Positions 13,400-31,210 of a stretch of 64,000 nucleotides of DNA are shown here, piece by piece (positions within the stretch are counted from its first letter, which is position 1; each line of letters begins with the position of its first letter). This DNA comes from Felis catus (lineage: Eukaryota). The DNA is taken from assembly GCF_018350175.1 (NCBI RefSeq), contig NC_058378.1:87606001-87670000 (forward strand), given 5' to 3'. Both the position numbers and the translations under genes were made by a program. The notes below the pieces were generated by a model. That model worked only from the letters and a program-made list of their open reading frames with translations. It was not told the origin of the DNA and did not search any database.

Positions 13400-14400
13400 C
13401 CTCACGAGCAAACAAACATTACCTGACGGCATGTAAAGCATCTTCCTGGAAGGTAGGAACGGAAGAAACAGCAAAGAGATAACTCAGAGCAAACATACCA
13501 GGCAGGAGAATGATACTGCAGTATTTCTCATTCATACCCTCAGACATTGCTCACTTGAAGCAAGAACAGCATTTCTCTAAACACTGACATGAGTGGAAGA
13601 AGAAAGAGCTCTTGGAAATTAGACACTGTGACAGCAGAAACAAAAGCCTCATGGGAGAAATCCCTCAGAAAGCAGAGCAAAGGGTAAAGATGGAAAACAG
13701 GAGCGACTACGTTCGAGGGTCAGGCTCAGACCTCTGACATCCTAAAACAGGAATTCTAATTTTTTAAAATTTCTTTAGAGAGAAAGAGAGAGAGCACATG
13801 AGCAGGGGAGGGGCAGAGGGAGAGAATCCCCAGCAGGGTCCACGCTCCCACCACCCTGGGATCACCATCTGAGCCGAAATCAAGAGCCCGATGCTCCATC
13901 GACTGCACCACCCAGGCACCCCCTAAAATAGGGATTCTGGAAAGAGGAAATGTGGAATCGAGGAACAAGTCATTGGTAGAAATGATTGATTAGTGAAACA
14001 GCCTACGAAAGAAGTTCCCGGGAGTGAGGGACAGGCGTTTCCCGACTGAGGGCTCTTTGAGTTCCCATCACAGTGAAGGAAAATCCAGGCACTTGGAGCC
14101 ACTACGTTGTGAAATTTCAATAGATGATCCTGAAAATTTGCAGGGAGGAACCAGCCTCCACTGTGGTAAAGGATTATAAATTGAAAGCCTGTGAATTTCT
14201 TAACAGCACCCCTAACAATCAAGGGAAAAATGCCTTCACAGTCTGAAGGAAGAAGCCTCTAACCTAGAATTCTTTGCTTAGAGTGTGTGAGGGCAAATCG
14301 AAGACATTTTCAGGTCTGCAATAACATTAAACAAAAAAGATTCCCAGACACCTCTTCTGAGCTTCACCAAAACAGGTGAGTGAATCAAGGAAAAAGAAGA
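13400..14400 (+). mobile_element. Ancient L1M/HAL1-like ORF1-region fragments with an inserted CAN-SINE (13756-13923, - strand)
   Basis: A-rich degenerate L1-like sequence; the SINE is clear. Confidence 0.55.
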
Positions 14401-14849
14401 CCAGATGGCTGGAGAGGGCCAGCACCGGTGGAGAGAAGGGAATCCTTCCGGAGATGGACGGGGGAAACCCAGACAGACCATCCGCCCAGACTGGAGCTGA
14501 CCGAGGAGTTCGCGGCTGAAGCCTGCAGAGCCTCCCGTCCCTGGCCACCCTCGCCCGCGGGCACAGGTGGCCACAGAAAGCCCACGGAAGCCTCCGGGTG
14601 GACTAGTGCGTGGCTAAGAAGGAATGACATGCGCTAACACGTGGTTACAGGAAAGCCTTGGGCAGAGGGCAGGAACTTTCTAATTCTTGCAAGACCTTCC
14701 TGAACTAGGGGAATTCTCTAGAGAGGCCGGTATGCTTGATTAAGCACTAAACGGCTTCTGGGACCAGTGGGGGGAGGGGGAAAGTGCTAGAAAGTTCTTC
14801 ACTTACCTTCGTTTATCTTGAACTTCGTACATCTTGAACTTCGTACTTG

Positions 14850-15969
<1,120 letters not shown>

Positions 15970-16236
15970 TAATCAGCCAAAGTTCAATGGTCCCCGAAAC
16001 TCAGCTGCCTGGTTGGCAGGGCCTGCCCCTGAGGAGGAGGGTAACCCATGTCTCTGCAGTCGCCCCCGTTGTGTCCCACAAGTAGCACCGCCCCCCTCCT
16101 CTCCCCCCCCACCCCCCCAGCCTCGGGACCACTCCCAGGTGTCCCTTTTGCCCCCATGCCTGCTCTCCACGTGTCCTCCCAGGGCAGGTGCAGGCCAGCA
16201 CCCCCTCCTCAAGTGTCCCCCTTAAACCAGGTCTGA

Positions 16237-18030
<1,794 letters not shown>

Positions 18031-18486
18031 AGTCTGGACCTCTCCACGCACCCAGGCCCACTCCATACACCCTGGGACTTCTTCCATTTACCTCAGGTTG
18101 AGCTGGGAAGCAGGGGAGGGTGACAGGGTCAGGGGGACATTAGTCTTCCCCGTTTCAGAGAGATCGCTTGTTTCTCTAGTTTTGCTCATTTAGGAAAAAT
18201 AATTATTTTCAAGAAAAGGTGGTTAGAAGAAGGCAGTGCGTCTCACAGAGCTTTCTTCTGCCCGTGTTTACGAGGCCCCTTATGTGCTAAGTGCTGTGTG
18301 AAGGCTTCAGCCCCCGTGATGGACAGACAGCCCACCCCTGTGGTGGGTGGCTGTCCTGCCCTCCCCCGCCCCCCCCCCCCAGCATTCCAGAGACCCTCGA
18401 AGGCTTGTCCGTCTGGGCTCTGTCTGCCTGAGCTGTCCAGGCATTCAAGGTTCCTGGCAGAGGAGGGCATCTGTGATCAGAAGTAG

Positions 18487-19020
<534 letters not shown>

Positions 19021-19907
19021 TAGTCCTGGACAGGATTATTCTAATGTGTTTTGTAGCAACTGCATGCTTTGGAATTGAGTTTCACAGTAAGAGAAAGCCC
19101 ACGTGTTGCTTCTTCAGAGGTCATTTATGGACAGGTTGGGACTGCCTCCAGGGGTTCCCCAAACCCTGCTTTCTTGGACACGGCAAAGGGTGTGACAGCC
19201 AGGTCTCAGGTTCAGTCCTTGTATGATTGAGAAAGGAGTCAAGTATAGGGTTCCGTTTAATTCTAGATCTGATGCCCTAGACAGAAGCCATTGGTGGGGG
19301 TTGGAAATTTGACAAAGGATGGGAGTGGCTGGGAGCCACGCCGTGTCTGTGCTATCTCACTTACTCCCCACACTTAGTTGTCCAAGTTCACCAGCCTAGC
19401 AAAGCCAGAGCTGCTGTGAGATGAAGAGTCCCCCCAGCCCGGTGGCTACAGCCTGCACCCTGGGGTCCCTTCAGGACACAGCTTGCTGAACACCTAGTCC
19501 TTTCTCCCACATGTGGAATCATACTGGACATATTAGCATAGTCTTCGGCTGCTCCTCTCTTGCCAACCCTGTCTTTTTGGTTAATACAACTTGTGTCAGT
19601 GTTTCCAACTCAGCACATATAGATCCGTGACATGGGTTTTTCCCCCCACCAATGTCTGTGTTCATTCACTGCTGTGGTGTGTGCTAACTGAGCCTCTGCT
19701 ATAATCAGCAGGTGCATTACTGTGAATGTTGATATTGTTCACAAGGAGCCAGGACACTGTCACGTAGCAACATAGTTATAGCCACATAGTTATTTCTTAT
19801 TTGAAGATGTCATTACTCAATATTACTTAAAATCGGTGGAAGTTTAGGTTATTTTCACTTTTTCTGTTTTACGTAACGTTTCCCACGTGCATTTAAAAAC
19901 ACTTGTG

Positions 19908-20029
19908 TGGGACACCTGGGTGGTTCAGTCGGTTGAGCATCCAACTCCTGATTTCAGCTCAGGTCATGATCCCAGGGTCATAAGATGGACCCCTGTGTCA
20001 GGCTCTGTGCTGAGTGTGGAGGCTGCTTG

Positions 20030-20077
<48 letters not shown>

Positions 20078-20190
20078 CCTCTTTCTCTCCCTCTCCCTCC
20101 CTCCTCTCTCCATCCCTCCCTCTGTCCCGCTCCCCTATGCATGCACACACACACTCCCTCTCTCTCAAATAAAATTCAAAACCCCCAAAA
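19908..20190 (+). mobile_element. CAN-SINE with expanded (TC)n microsatellite (~20032-20075)
   Basis: gggacacctgggtggttcagtcggttgagc head, CT tract, aataaa. Confidence 0.9.
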
Positions 20191-20804
20191 CCAAAACAAA
20201 CAAAACACATGTGCGAACGTGTCTGTAGCATGGCTTGCAGTAGAGGAACTGCTGGGCAGACAGGGACTGTGGCGGAGGGCACGTGACCCCCCTGTGGATC
20301 TGCTTCCTGTTGGGCTGTTTGTCCTTTACTCACTGCCTTTCAAGATATCTCTGTCTTAAGGAGATTGGCTTGTGCTGCAAACATCTCACCTCCTTGTTTG
20401 ACTCTGGGCAAGATATAATTTTTTGTCATGCAGATACTCTTTCTGTAGCTTCTGGATAAAGCCTGTTTGTTGTCTCCTCCAAACCAATCCACGTCAGCAT
20501 GGACTGCAGACGTCGCGAGGTGGAAGGTTTAGAAGGGGAAACTGTCCTGAGAACGGTTCGGGGGTGTGCCAACGGCACCTGCCTGACCAGCTGGCCACGG
20601 GGCCCTCTGTGTCCCTCCACGGTGGTGCTGCTCGCTGAGGCTGAGTCCAGAGATGGCCAGAGCCAGCCCGGCGTCTGGGAGCCCAGTTGAACTGGGGCTG
20701 GTGTGGGTCCCTGGAGGCCTCTTCTCTGACTCCTCTGACGGGGGTCGGGGTGTGACTCTCGCCTCCAGGTTAAGAGATGTGGTGTAAGTTGGGTCCACTT
20801 ATGA

Positions 20805-21389
<585 letters not shown>

Positions 21390-22014
21390 TAGGGCTCAGG
21401 AGGAATTTGAAACATGGATGTGTCTGTAGCTGGAAGACAGTATTTAAACCTGTTGCAGTAATTGAGCAAATACCCTTACAAGTCATGGAATCAAAGACCC
21501 ATCAGTGGCTAAATTGTGTGGCCCAGCCATAAAACATAAATAATGTGGCAACTCTGGACTCGGTGTTTACTCAGAAATAAGACCATGAATAATTTGGGGG
21601 GGGGTGCTGATTTTTCCAGCAAGATCAAAAGACGTGGTTAGTATGTTGTGGTCCAGTTTCCACACAGAGACGGGGTGGGATCGGGGACCATGTTCTTGGC
21701 CTGGAGGACAAAACACAGGCATGCCTGCCGGCATAGAGCATCCCCAGTGGTCATGAGAGTAGGATGTACGGGCTCCTCCAGCCTACGAGGGACCCTGCAT
21801 GTCTCCTTTGCACTGAGGATGAAGCTGACTCCAGAAATTGTTGCAGTAATTGAGCAACAGGCTCAGAGCCCAGGCTCAGAAATGTGGCCGTGGTTGTGTG
21901 GATGGGTGGTGGAGTGGTGGCTTGGGGGGCCCGGCCAGCTTCCCTACGCCTGGCTCTCTGGCCTATGCTCTGTGCTCAGGACATTGGTGGGCATGACAGT
22001 CCTGGGGACACGTC

Positions 22015-22230
22015 GTGGCTCTCACACTTTATGGTCTCAGGAACCCCCTTTATACTCTTTAAAAGTATCGAGGATCCCAAAGAGCCTTTGTTTATGTGGT
22101 TGTATCTGTGCATTTACTACATTAGAGATTAAAACTGAGAAATTTAAAAATTGTTATTTTTAAATGGTACGCCTATACCATGTTAACATAAATATCATTT
22201 TTAAATGAAAAGTAACTGTATTTCTTAAAA
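22015..22230. mobile_element. hAT-Charlie DNA transposon terminal fragment (Charlie1-like)
   Basis: tggtctcaggaaccccctttatactcttt...cccaaagagcctttgtttatgtgg resembles the Charlie1 end (recalled). Confidence 0.6.
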
Positions 22231-22231
22231 A

Positions 22232-22451
22232 AATTTTTTAAAACATTTTATTTATTTTTGAAAGACAGAAAGAGAGAGTGAGCTGGGGAGGGGGAGAGAG
22301 AGAGAAAGGGAGACACAGAATCCGAAGCAGGCTCTAGGCTCTGAGTTGTCAGCACAGAGCCCGGTGCAGGGCTCGAACCCACGAACCATGAGATCATGAC
22401 CCCAGGGAAAACAAGGGTCCATGCTTAACTGCCTGAGCCACCCAGGCGCCC
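22232..22451 (-). mobile_element. CAN-SINE (SINEC_Fc-like)
   Basis: Diagnostic SINE body ending gagccacccaggcgccc. Confidence 0.92.
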
Positions 22452-22525
22452 TGTGAAATGAGCTCTGACCTCACAGAACCCTGGAGTTTGTGGCCCACAC
22501 TTGCAGAACCGCCCGGCACAGGTGA

Positions 22526-22738
<213 letters not shown>

Positions 22739-23011
22739 TGAACTCTGTAGGGCAACCAGGGCCCCAGCTGTGCAGAAGTGAACTTGGAGCTGTGAGCCTC
22801 TAGGACAGTCCTCCCTTCTGTTAGTGGGGTCACTCGAGTGTTCATCTCTGAGGAACCGAAATGGCTTTGCGAAAGCTTTCCACTTCTTGTTTTCTGTTTC
22901 TGGGGGTTCTGAGTTAAGCAAAGCGGGTAAGACAGAGACAGCCCTCTGATGAATACATTCGTGGCTTGGGTTTCATTCCGGGTAGTTTCCTGACTTTCCA
23001 GCTGCGGGGTC

Positions 23012-23218
23012 TTTTTTTTTTTTTTTTTTTTTAATTTTTTTTAATGTTTATTTATTTTTGAGACAGAGAGAGACAGAGCATGAACGGGGGAGGGCCAGAG
23101 AGAGAGGGAGACACAGAATCCGAAGTAGGCTCCAGGCTCTGAGCTGTCGGCACAGAGCCCGATGCGGGGCTCGAACTCACAGACCGCGAGATCATGACCT
23201 GAGCCACCCAGGCGCCCC
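23012..23218 (-). mobile_element. Young CAN-SINE with long poly-T tail; TSD approx. tccagc(t/c)g(c/t)ggggtctt
   Basis: CpG-rich body; flanking duplication at ~22998-23013 and ~23220-23236. Confidence 0.92.
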
Positions 23219-23282
23219 GTCCAGCCGTGGGGTCTTAAATGGAAGAGCGGCTGGGGCCAGGCGGCCCGCGGTGCAGGGGTAA

Positions 23283-23552
<270 letters not shown>

Positions 23553-24569
23553 TGAAGCATCAGAGAGTTTGGCAGTGCTGGCTAACAAAATAAAATAACA
23601 CGAGATATAGCAGGCTGGTGGAGGGCCCGACACCCCCTTCCCAGACTATTCTGGCGGAGTCCCCTCTCCAGGTTTATCACATCTCCAAATAACGCGTCTA
23701 CCTGCCCCAAAGCATGCAGTCGTGGAACACTTCGAATGTGTGCACAAGCAGGCGGAACCTTTGGGCTCCATCTCCAACTTCTGAGCTGTCAGGTGGCGGC
23801 GGTCACTCACCTCCCCCAACCCCGTGATCGTGAAGCGTGCCCCACAGGTGACATCATCTTCCTGCACATATTTCCGTGTGCGTCTCTAAAGGATGAGGGA
23901 TGCCCTCTGAAGATGTGTCACTATAACATCGTTATCGCAGTTACGAATTTACACTAATTCCTCCATGTTGTCCAACACTGTTCAGTTTTCCATGTGCTTT
24001 ATGATCTCTTTTCGGTTTGCTTGTTTGATAACGTTGCTCCTTGAATTTTCACTTTTAAGCATCACTGAATTCTCACTATGGCCGATAAGGTGTTAGCTGT
24101 CTTCACTCCTGTGCCCCCCAGCTCCCCATGCGTGCAGCAGTACTTTGGGTGAGGCCCTGTCCACCCCTGGGTGCAAGGAAGCTGCGGCTCCTTTTCCTGC
24201 CTCTTTGTAGATGTGAGCGTGTTTCTCAGTGTGAGCGTGTGCAGCATGTATGTGAGCATGGGAGAGAGTGTGCAGGCTCATTTTCTTTGCCTGGGTTCTG
24301 CTGTTTACATTGTCTCCCGCTTCCTTCCCTCGGGCCAGAGTCAGCTCCAGCCCCTTCAGGCACCGCTGTGGCCTGCCCCCCACCCACGCCCCGTGCCCAT
24401 GCCCTACCTGCCCGGAGCCCACACCCTGCCTGCCTGCCCCCAGCCCCACCCTTACTGTGTTGGAGCATTTATTCCAGTAGCTTCCTGAGGAGGGGGTGCA
24501 TGGAGGTAAATGTTTAGGGAAAGTTTGCAGGTGTGGAAATGTCTTTTTTCTACCCTTATACTTAGGTGG

Positions 24570-25060
24570 TCCAGTCCTGTCACTACAGAACCAACCACCC
24601 TAAAACCCACTGGTACAAAAAAGACACTTTATTATGATGACAGATCCTATAGGTGGGCACAAGGGACCGTGTGTTTCTGCCATTTGATGTCTGGGGTCTC
24701 AGCTGGGAAGACGACCCATGGGGATCACGCAGGGTTGGGGCGGGGGTCATCTGAGGCCTCTTCTCTTGCACAGCTGCCCTGGGCAGGGACCCTGACTGGA
24801 GTGCCTGCCCGTGGCCTGTGTGGCCCTGGCTTCCTCACAGCATGGCAGCCTCATGCGGCTGCCCACGTGGTGCCCACGACTCTTAGCACAGGTGTGCCCG
24901 GGAGCAGGACGCTGCTGGGTGCCAGACGGTGCGGCTGGGCCACACTCCACTGCCCATCGCGGTCACACGCCTGCCCAGATTCCCGGGGCGGGACGCAGAG
25001 CCTACCTTTCAGTGGGAGGCGTCTCCAAAAACTTGTAGCCGTGTAAGAGCCACACACTGG
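24570..25060. mobile_element. MaLR (MLT1-type) LTR remnant within old antisense L1ME-like sequence (~23500-25500)
   Basis: ccaccctaaaacc...tgatgtctggggtctcagctgggaagac resembles MLT1 (recalled). Confidence 0.55.
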
Positions 25061-25487
25061 GTGTAGACCCTAGTTCGAGAGTCACTGCCTTCAGGTGTGG
25101 AAGACATTCTCCGGTGCTGCAGTGGGGAAGTCCGGGGACATTCAGGTTCCTTTCTTTCCTACCTCCTAGGAAGCTTGGAAGAACATTAGGGCCCTGCTCT
25201 CACCAAGCACCTGCCCCACTCCCCCACACTGAGGCCACCCTGCACCTTGCCTCGCACCTCACGGAGCTTCCACCCTGCGACTGCTGTCAGCTGGGAGAGT
25301 CTCTTAGATTTGCTTTCTTCTCTCTGTTCTTTTTTCTTCTCTTTTTCTTGCTGAGATTTCTGTTGTTTGGATGCTGGACTGGTCCTCAAATTTTCTTATC
25401 TTTTTCCCTCTTAATTTCCATCTCTTTGGTTTGTCACTCTGCATTTTGGGCGATGTTCTTAACATTGCATCCCAAACGGTCTGTTGA

Positions 25488-25811
<324 letters not shown>

Positions 25812-27169
25812 GCCCTGCTCCTTCCATTCCGAGCTGGGCTCTGCCCCTCCTGTGCCGGGGGAGGCTGCCACCATCCTTTCTCTGACAGCGTCTGGCCTGG
25901 CCAAGATTTGGGGATATTAATGACAGCCTTCCTTTTTTTGGCGACTGGGACAGCTCTCATTTCTCACGTGTATCATGGAGTCTGGTCAGGGCCGAGCTTG
26001 AGCTGAATGCGAGGTCTTCCTGGAGAAGTGTGACGCAAGGCGCCAGCACTGCTGCTGAGGGCGTGCACATAAAGTGTGTTAAAGCCTCCGTGTGTCCTCA
26101 TCCTTCCACCTCAGGGCTGCAGCATCTGTCGCTTCTGTCTTCGCCTGGTCCCAGGCTGGGGTCCCTGCGGGGCCCGGTGCCCCCTCCCCTGAGTTCCCTG
26201 GACTTTGGGTGCTGTGGTCGCCCCTGGTCCCAGGCATCTCCTGGTGTCCCGAGCTCTCATTGCTGGTGCTCAGGACCGTGCTGACGAGATACCTTAGCAG
26301 ACACCCATGGCGTGCTGGGCTGGGTGACGGCCAGGTGGCGGGAGCCATGAGTGCATGGGGCACCCCGTCCTGACTTGGGGCCAGAGGTTTTCTGGAGGAA
26401 GTGGATGAACAACAAGGCCTCACGAACGCAGAGGAGGGGGACAGCTGGCGTGTCAGGGTGAGTGGGGAGCATGCCAGTGCAGCGGGCAGTGTTGGGGTGA
26501 GAGTGTGGGGATGCCCTGGGTGTTCTGCTCAGCTGACCTCAGCTTCCCTTCCTCCAACTGTCCCAGCGAGGGGGTCGAAGTACCTACATTTTCACAGCTG
26601 GGGAAAGCACAAAATACCTAGAGGTCTAGTTCAGTAATTGCCCAGTCTCACGACTGCCGGCGTAGAGCTTGGGCATCGTCCCAGGACAGGCCCTGAGGGG
26701 AGGCAGGTGTGGCTGGAAGGTGGCACTTTGGAGGAGGCACTTTGGCCACCCTCAGAGGGTGCCTCTGAGGCAGGAGCGTCAGAGGCCTGGACTCTATGCT
26801 GCAGGCGGTGGGGCTGCTGGCCCTGCACCCACTTGGAAGTCAGTGGCTTGTGCCTGTCCTCATATCTCTGGCTGCAGTCTGTGTCCTGCTCTGGGGTGGG
26901 GGCACCCTGGCTCCAGGGGTGAGTGTATGTGTGTTCGGAAGAAGGGCTTTGGGGCCAGGCCTGTCTGGGCTCTTCTCCAATCCCGAGTGGTGCCCAACAT
27001 GCCCTCGGCCCCAGCACACTCTGCACAGGCCCTTCTCATACCTTCCCCTCCCAGATCAGGTCGCCCCTCCAAGGGGTCTTCCTTGCCTCCACCCTAGAGC
27101 TCTGTATGTGTGTCTACTGCTGTGTGTCACTGGAGTGATTTTGCACGGGACACCTACCAGTGAGCTTTG

Positions 27170-27190
27170 TTTTTTTTTTTAATGTTTATT

Positions 27191-27237
<47 letters not shown>

Positions 27238-27407
27238 GAGTGCACAAGCGGGGGAGAGGCAGAGAGAGGCAGACACAGAGTCTGAGGCAGGCTCCAGGCT
27301 CTGAGCCATCAGCACAGAGCCTGACTCGGGGCTTGAACTCACGATCTGTGAGACCATGACCTGAGCCGACGTTGGACGCTTAACCAGCTGAGCCGCCCAG
27401 GTGCCCC
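27170..27407 (-). mobile_element. CAN-SINE with (GA)n tract
   Basis: Diagnostic SINE body. Confidence 0.92.
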
Positions 27408-27855
27408 AACAGGGTTTTACTTTAGTTTTACAGTTCTAGGTCTATGAGAGATTGCAGCTTCCCTCAGGCGCAATGATCTGTATTGTTGACATCCATCCAA
27501 GAGTTCATTGAGCCACGTGCTTTTGGGAGACATTTCTTGTATCCAGAGTGACAAAGGCTGTCCTCTTGGTGGGATGGCTGCTCTGTGATGGGGGGCTGAG
27601 GGCTGGGTCCTCTTCTGGTGACTAACTCATCTGGAGGCCACCTGGGAAGGCTGGTGGATTTGTTTCTCAATCTCTGGAATGTTTAGTGCTGAGAATTAGG
27701 AGGTTTAAGACCATCACAGTAGTGACATTTTTGTGCGGAGAATCCAAGCATGTTTGCAATTTTAGGAACTTGTTTCAAAAATTACATTTAGAGTAATATT
27801 CTTGTACCCAGTGTACGCTGAGTAGCTGGTTGGACTCAGATTAAAGCTAAAACCT

Positions 27856-28068
27856 GGGGCGCCTGGGTGGCTCAGTTGGTTGGGCCTCTGACTTCGGCTT
27901 AGGGCACGATCTCGTCCACACGTGAGTTGGAGCCGCGTGTGGGACTCAGGGCTGACAGCCAGGAACCTGGAGCCTGCTTCGGATTCTGTGTCTCCCTCTC
28001 TGTCCCTCTCCTGCTCGCAGTCTGTGTCTCTCTCGCAAGAATAAATAAATAAATTAAAAAAAAAAAAA
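27856..28068 (+). mobile_element. CAN-SINE with perfect 13-bp TSD aaagctaaaacct
   Basis: TSD at 27843-27855 and 28069-28081; poly-A tail. Confidence 0.94.
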
Positions 28069-28399
28069 AAAGCTAAAACCTGACTACATTTACACAGAGT
28101 ACCCGGGCGGTGGGAATCCCAGGCTCAGTGTATTAATAGGCTTAATGTAGCAGAACCGCAGCCAGTATTTGCAAACGCTTTGCTTACAACCTGGAGTACT
28201 TGAAAAAGATATTACATATATAGGGCACATTTAAAATGTTTGAAAATTTTAACCAAGTTTGTAAAAAGAGGTCAAACATTGGCAGGGGACAGCTAAGTTA
28301 TATTACAGTTATACTCAGAATACATTTAGGGAAGAACTGGAAAACACTAACGTATTCACGAATTCTCGGGACCCCTGAGAGTCTCCAGAGTGCACAGGC

Positions 28400-29300
28400 C
28401 CCAGGTGGGCTCGTAGACCCGCCCCCTGGGCTCCTTCCGGCGCACAAAGAAGCGTAGTGCGCACGCGCGGACCGCGCGTCCGTCTCCTGAACCCCGGAAC
28501 CACGGGGCCGGATGGTGGGCCGGTCGGAGAGGTCCGTCGAGGGAGCCGTTCCCCCGCGGCGCTCTGGGTCGCGGCGCCATGAGGCTAGCCTTCCGCGCAC
28601 TGGGCGGCGCCGCCGGGGTCGCCTGGCGAGAGAGCTTCCCCCTGGGCGGTCGCGACGTGGCGCGCTGGTTCCCGGGCCACATGGCCAAGGGTGAGCGGGG
28701 CCTGGAGGGGCCGGTGTTTGCGCGGTGAGGCCCGGTGGCCCCGGCGCCCGCTCGCTCGTCAGGCTGTCCGCGCGCGGGGCGGGAGGCGGCGGCGGCCCGG
28801 GGGCGGACCTGAGCCCCGAGCCCCAGCAAGTGCCTTCTGCCACTTTGCTCCCCCAAGCCTCCGTTTCCACATCTGAGTCCACAGAGACGTACTTTTCCGA
28901 GTCTTGTTTTGAGCACTCGATGAAATGGTGGTAGGAAAGCCCTCGCCGAGCTGCGAAGTATTCAGCTATTATCGTTGCAGCACCTTTAAGACACGGCCGC
29001 TGCTGTCTTCTGCCTGAAGCCCTCGAGGAGTTTCTTACTGTTGATTTGTAAAAATGGGCCCGAGAAGACGCGCGGGGCCGGCGCGGTCCTCCGTGTCAGC
29101 GATCGCCGGGTCCCGCTCCCGCAGCCCTCAGCGCGCTCTGACCTCCGCGTAAGTGGTGAGCCGGTGCCCGGTGCGCCGGCCCCTGCGGAGTGCGGTGCGT
29201 GGGTGTCCGCCCTCGGGACGCGGACGTCCGAGGCTATGTGGAGGACCCGGTTGAGCGGGGGGGGGGGGGGGGTCACCGTGCTGAGGGACACTGCGGGGGA
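28400..29300. promoter_or_regulatory. CpG island / MTG1 promoter: NRF1-like TGCGCACGCGCG (28458-28469), ETS/GABP-type CTTCCGG (28434-28440), GC box
   Basis: CpG density; motif set typical of nuclear genes for mitochondrial proteins. Confidence 0.78.
28579..28690 (+). CDS. MTG1: MTG1 exon 1 (112 nt), mitochondrial ribosome-associated GTPase 1: MRLAFRALGG...RWFPGHMAK
   Basis: gccATG; RbgA/YlqF signature WFPGHMAK; gtgagc donor. Confidence 0.96.
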
Positions 29301-29737
29301 GGGGGTGGTTACTTTCGTTGTGGGTGTTGTTCCTGGTTAATGGTTAAGGGGGAGTTCACTGCTGTGCGAGTGGCTGAAACTTAGGCAGCAGCATGTCCCC
29401 ACAGCGTGGAGGGCCCAGAGAGTCGGGTGGTCCGAGTTACCCTTTTAAGGCCGAGACCAAGACCCATAGGAGGTTAAATACTGCAGCTGGAGCCCTCCAA
29501 GTGGCTCCACCCCAGACATGCTTTTGCCCTTCAGGCAGGACCTCTTCTTTTTGGAGACACCGTTATTGAACTTGGAAGAGGCCCTCAGCAAGGGTGTATC
29601 AGTTATGGTGACTTAGGACACTGCACTCAGGTGTATTCTCTCTAGGTGGTGTGTCATTCTGGACCATTCAGCGTCACCCCATCACTCTTGAAAAGCCATA
29701 GACGCCTTCCCTTAGGCATCTTTCTTCTGTTTTCCAG

Positions 29738-29802
29738 GACTGAAGAAGATGCAGAGCAGCCTAAAGTTGGTGGACTGTATCATCGAGGTCCATGATGCCC
29801 GG
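29738..29802 (+). CDS. MTG1: MTG1 exon 2 (65 nt): GLKKMQSSLKLVDCIIEVHDAR
   Basis: ttccag acceptor; followed by U12 donor ATATCCTTT. Confidence 0.95.
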
Positions 29803-29817
29803 ATATCCTTTAGTGGT

Positions 29818-30900
29818 TGTAATACTGTGGTTTATGATAAGAAATCTATATATACACACNNNNNNNNNNNNNNNNNNNNNNNNNNNNNNNNNNNNNNNNN
29901 NNNNNNNNNNNNNNNNNNNNNNNNNNNNNNNNNNNNNNNNNNNNNNNNNNNNNNNNNNNNNNNNNNNNNNNNNNNNNNNNNNNNNNNNNNNNNNNNNNNN
30001 NNNNNNNNNNNNNNNNNNNNNNNNNNNNNNNNNNNNNNNNNNNNNNNNNAAGTTTATTTATTTTTGAGAGAGAGAGAGGGAGAGAGCGAGAGAGAGAGAC
30101 AGCAGAGAGCCCGGCGCAGGGCTTGAACCCATGAACTGTGAGATCATGACCGAGATCATGACCTGAGCTGAAGTCTGACGCCAACTGAGCCACCCAGGCC
30201 CCACAAACCCTGGGTATTTCTTAAGTGATGAGAGTGGTAAAAAAGTGTCTGTTGTTAGGTGACTTTTGGAAAGCCACTAAGTCACCTAAGTTCCAGGGCT
30301 GGTTGCCAGGGGAGGTGAGAGTGGCTGGAAGTTGGATGGATTGCCAATGGCCACTGATTTCATTAATCAGGCCTATATAGTGAAACCTCAAGAAAAACCT
30401 AAAAGGACAGGGTTCAGAGAGCTTTTGGGTTGGCAAACACGTGGATACAGAGGGAGAGTGGCACATTCAGAGCACGGGACCTCTGTGCCCCACTCCCTCA
30501 TACGTCGCCTTATTCATTTCTTCTGTCTGACTTCCTGAGTTACATCCTTTTATAATAAGCCAGTAATCTAGTAAATAAGATGTTTCTCAGAGGGCTGTGG
30601 GCTGCTCTAGCAAGCTAATTGACTCTGAGGAGGGGCTTGTGGGAACCTCTCATCTGTAACAAGTTGGTCAGAGGCACCGGTAACCAACTGGACTCGGGAT
30701 TGGCACCTGGAGGGAGTGGGGTGGGGAGGTGGCACATTGTGGGACTGAGCATTAACCTGTGGGGTCTGACTCTTCCTCCAGGTAGATAGTGTCAGAGTTG
30801 AGTTAACTTGTAGGATGTCCTGGTAGTGTCGCAGAATTGCTTGGTGTTGTCCTCCTCCCCCACCCCCAACTTTATTGGAATTGGGTGTGGAATTGCAGTG
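29818..30900 (+). mobile_element. MER21-type LTR interrupted by a gap and a CAN-SINE (~30050-30202, - strand)
   Basis: tgtaatactgtggtttatgataagaaat start; ccaggtagatagtgtcagagttgagtt segment typical of MER21 (recalled). Confidence 0.7.
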
Positions 30901-31099
30901 GTACAGGAGAGGCCCTCCTTCCTGAATCAGGCTGTGCTCAAGGCAGCAGGAAGCATTCCTGCTTTGTAGCCTTGTCTCTGTCTGGTCCTCCTCCTGTGTC
31001 TGGTCTCTGCTCTGGTCCAGTCTGCTCCCACAGTGCCTGGCAGCCTCACCTCTCAGAGTTACTGGCATTTAACTCTAAACCCTCAGTACATGACAGAGT

Positions 31100-31210
31100 T
31101 CCCCCAGGAGGCTTTAAAAATCCTGGTTTGGGTCCCTTTCCAGACCGGTTAATCAGAATCTCTGGTGGGGGGTCCAGGCCTTGTATTTTTCGAGCCTCCT
31201 CATTGATAGG
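31100..31210. mobile_element. MER5A-like hAT remnant
   Basis: ccagacc..ttaatcagaatctctggtgggggtccagg..tgtattttt. Confidence 0.55.
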
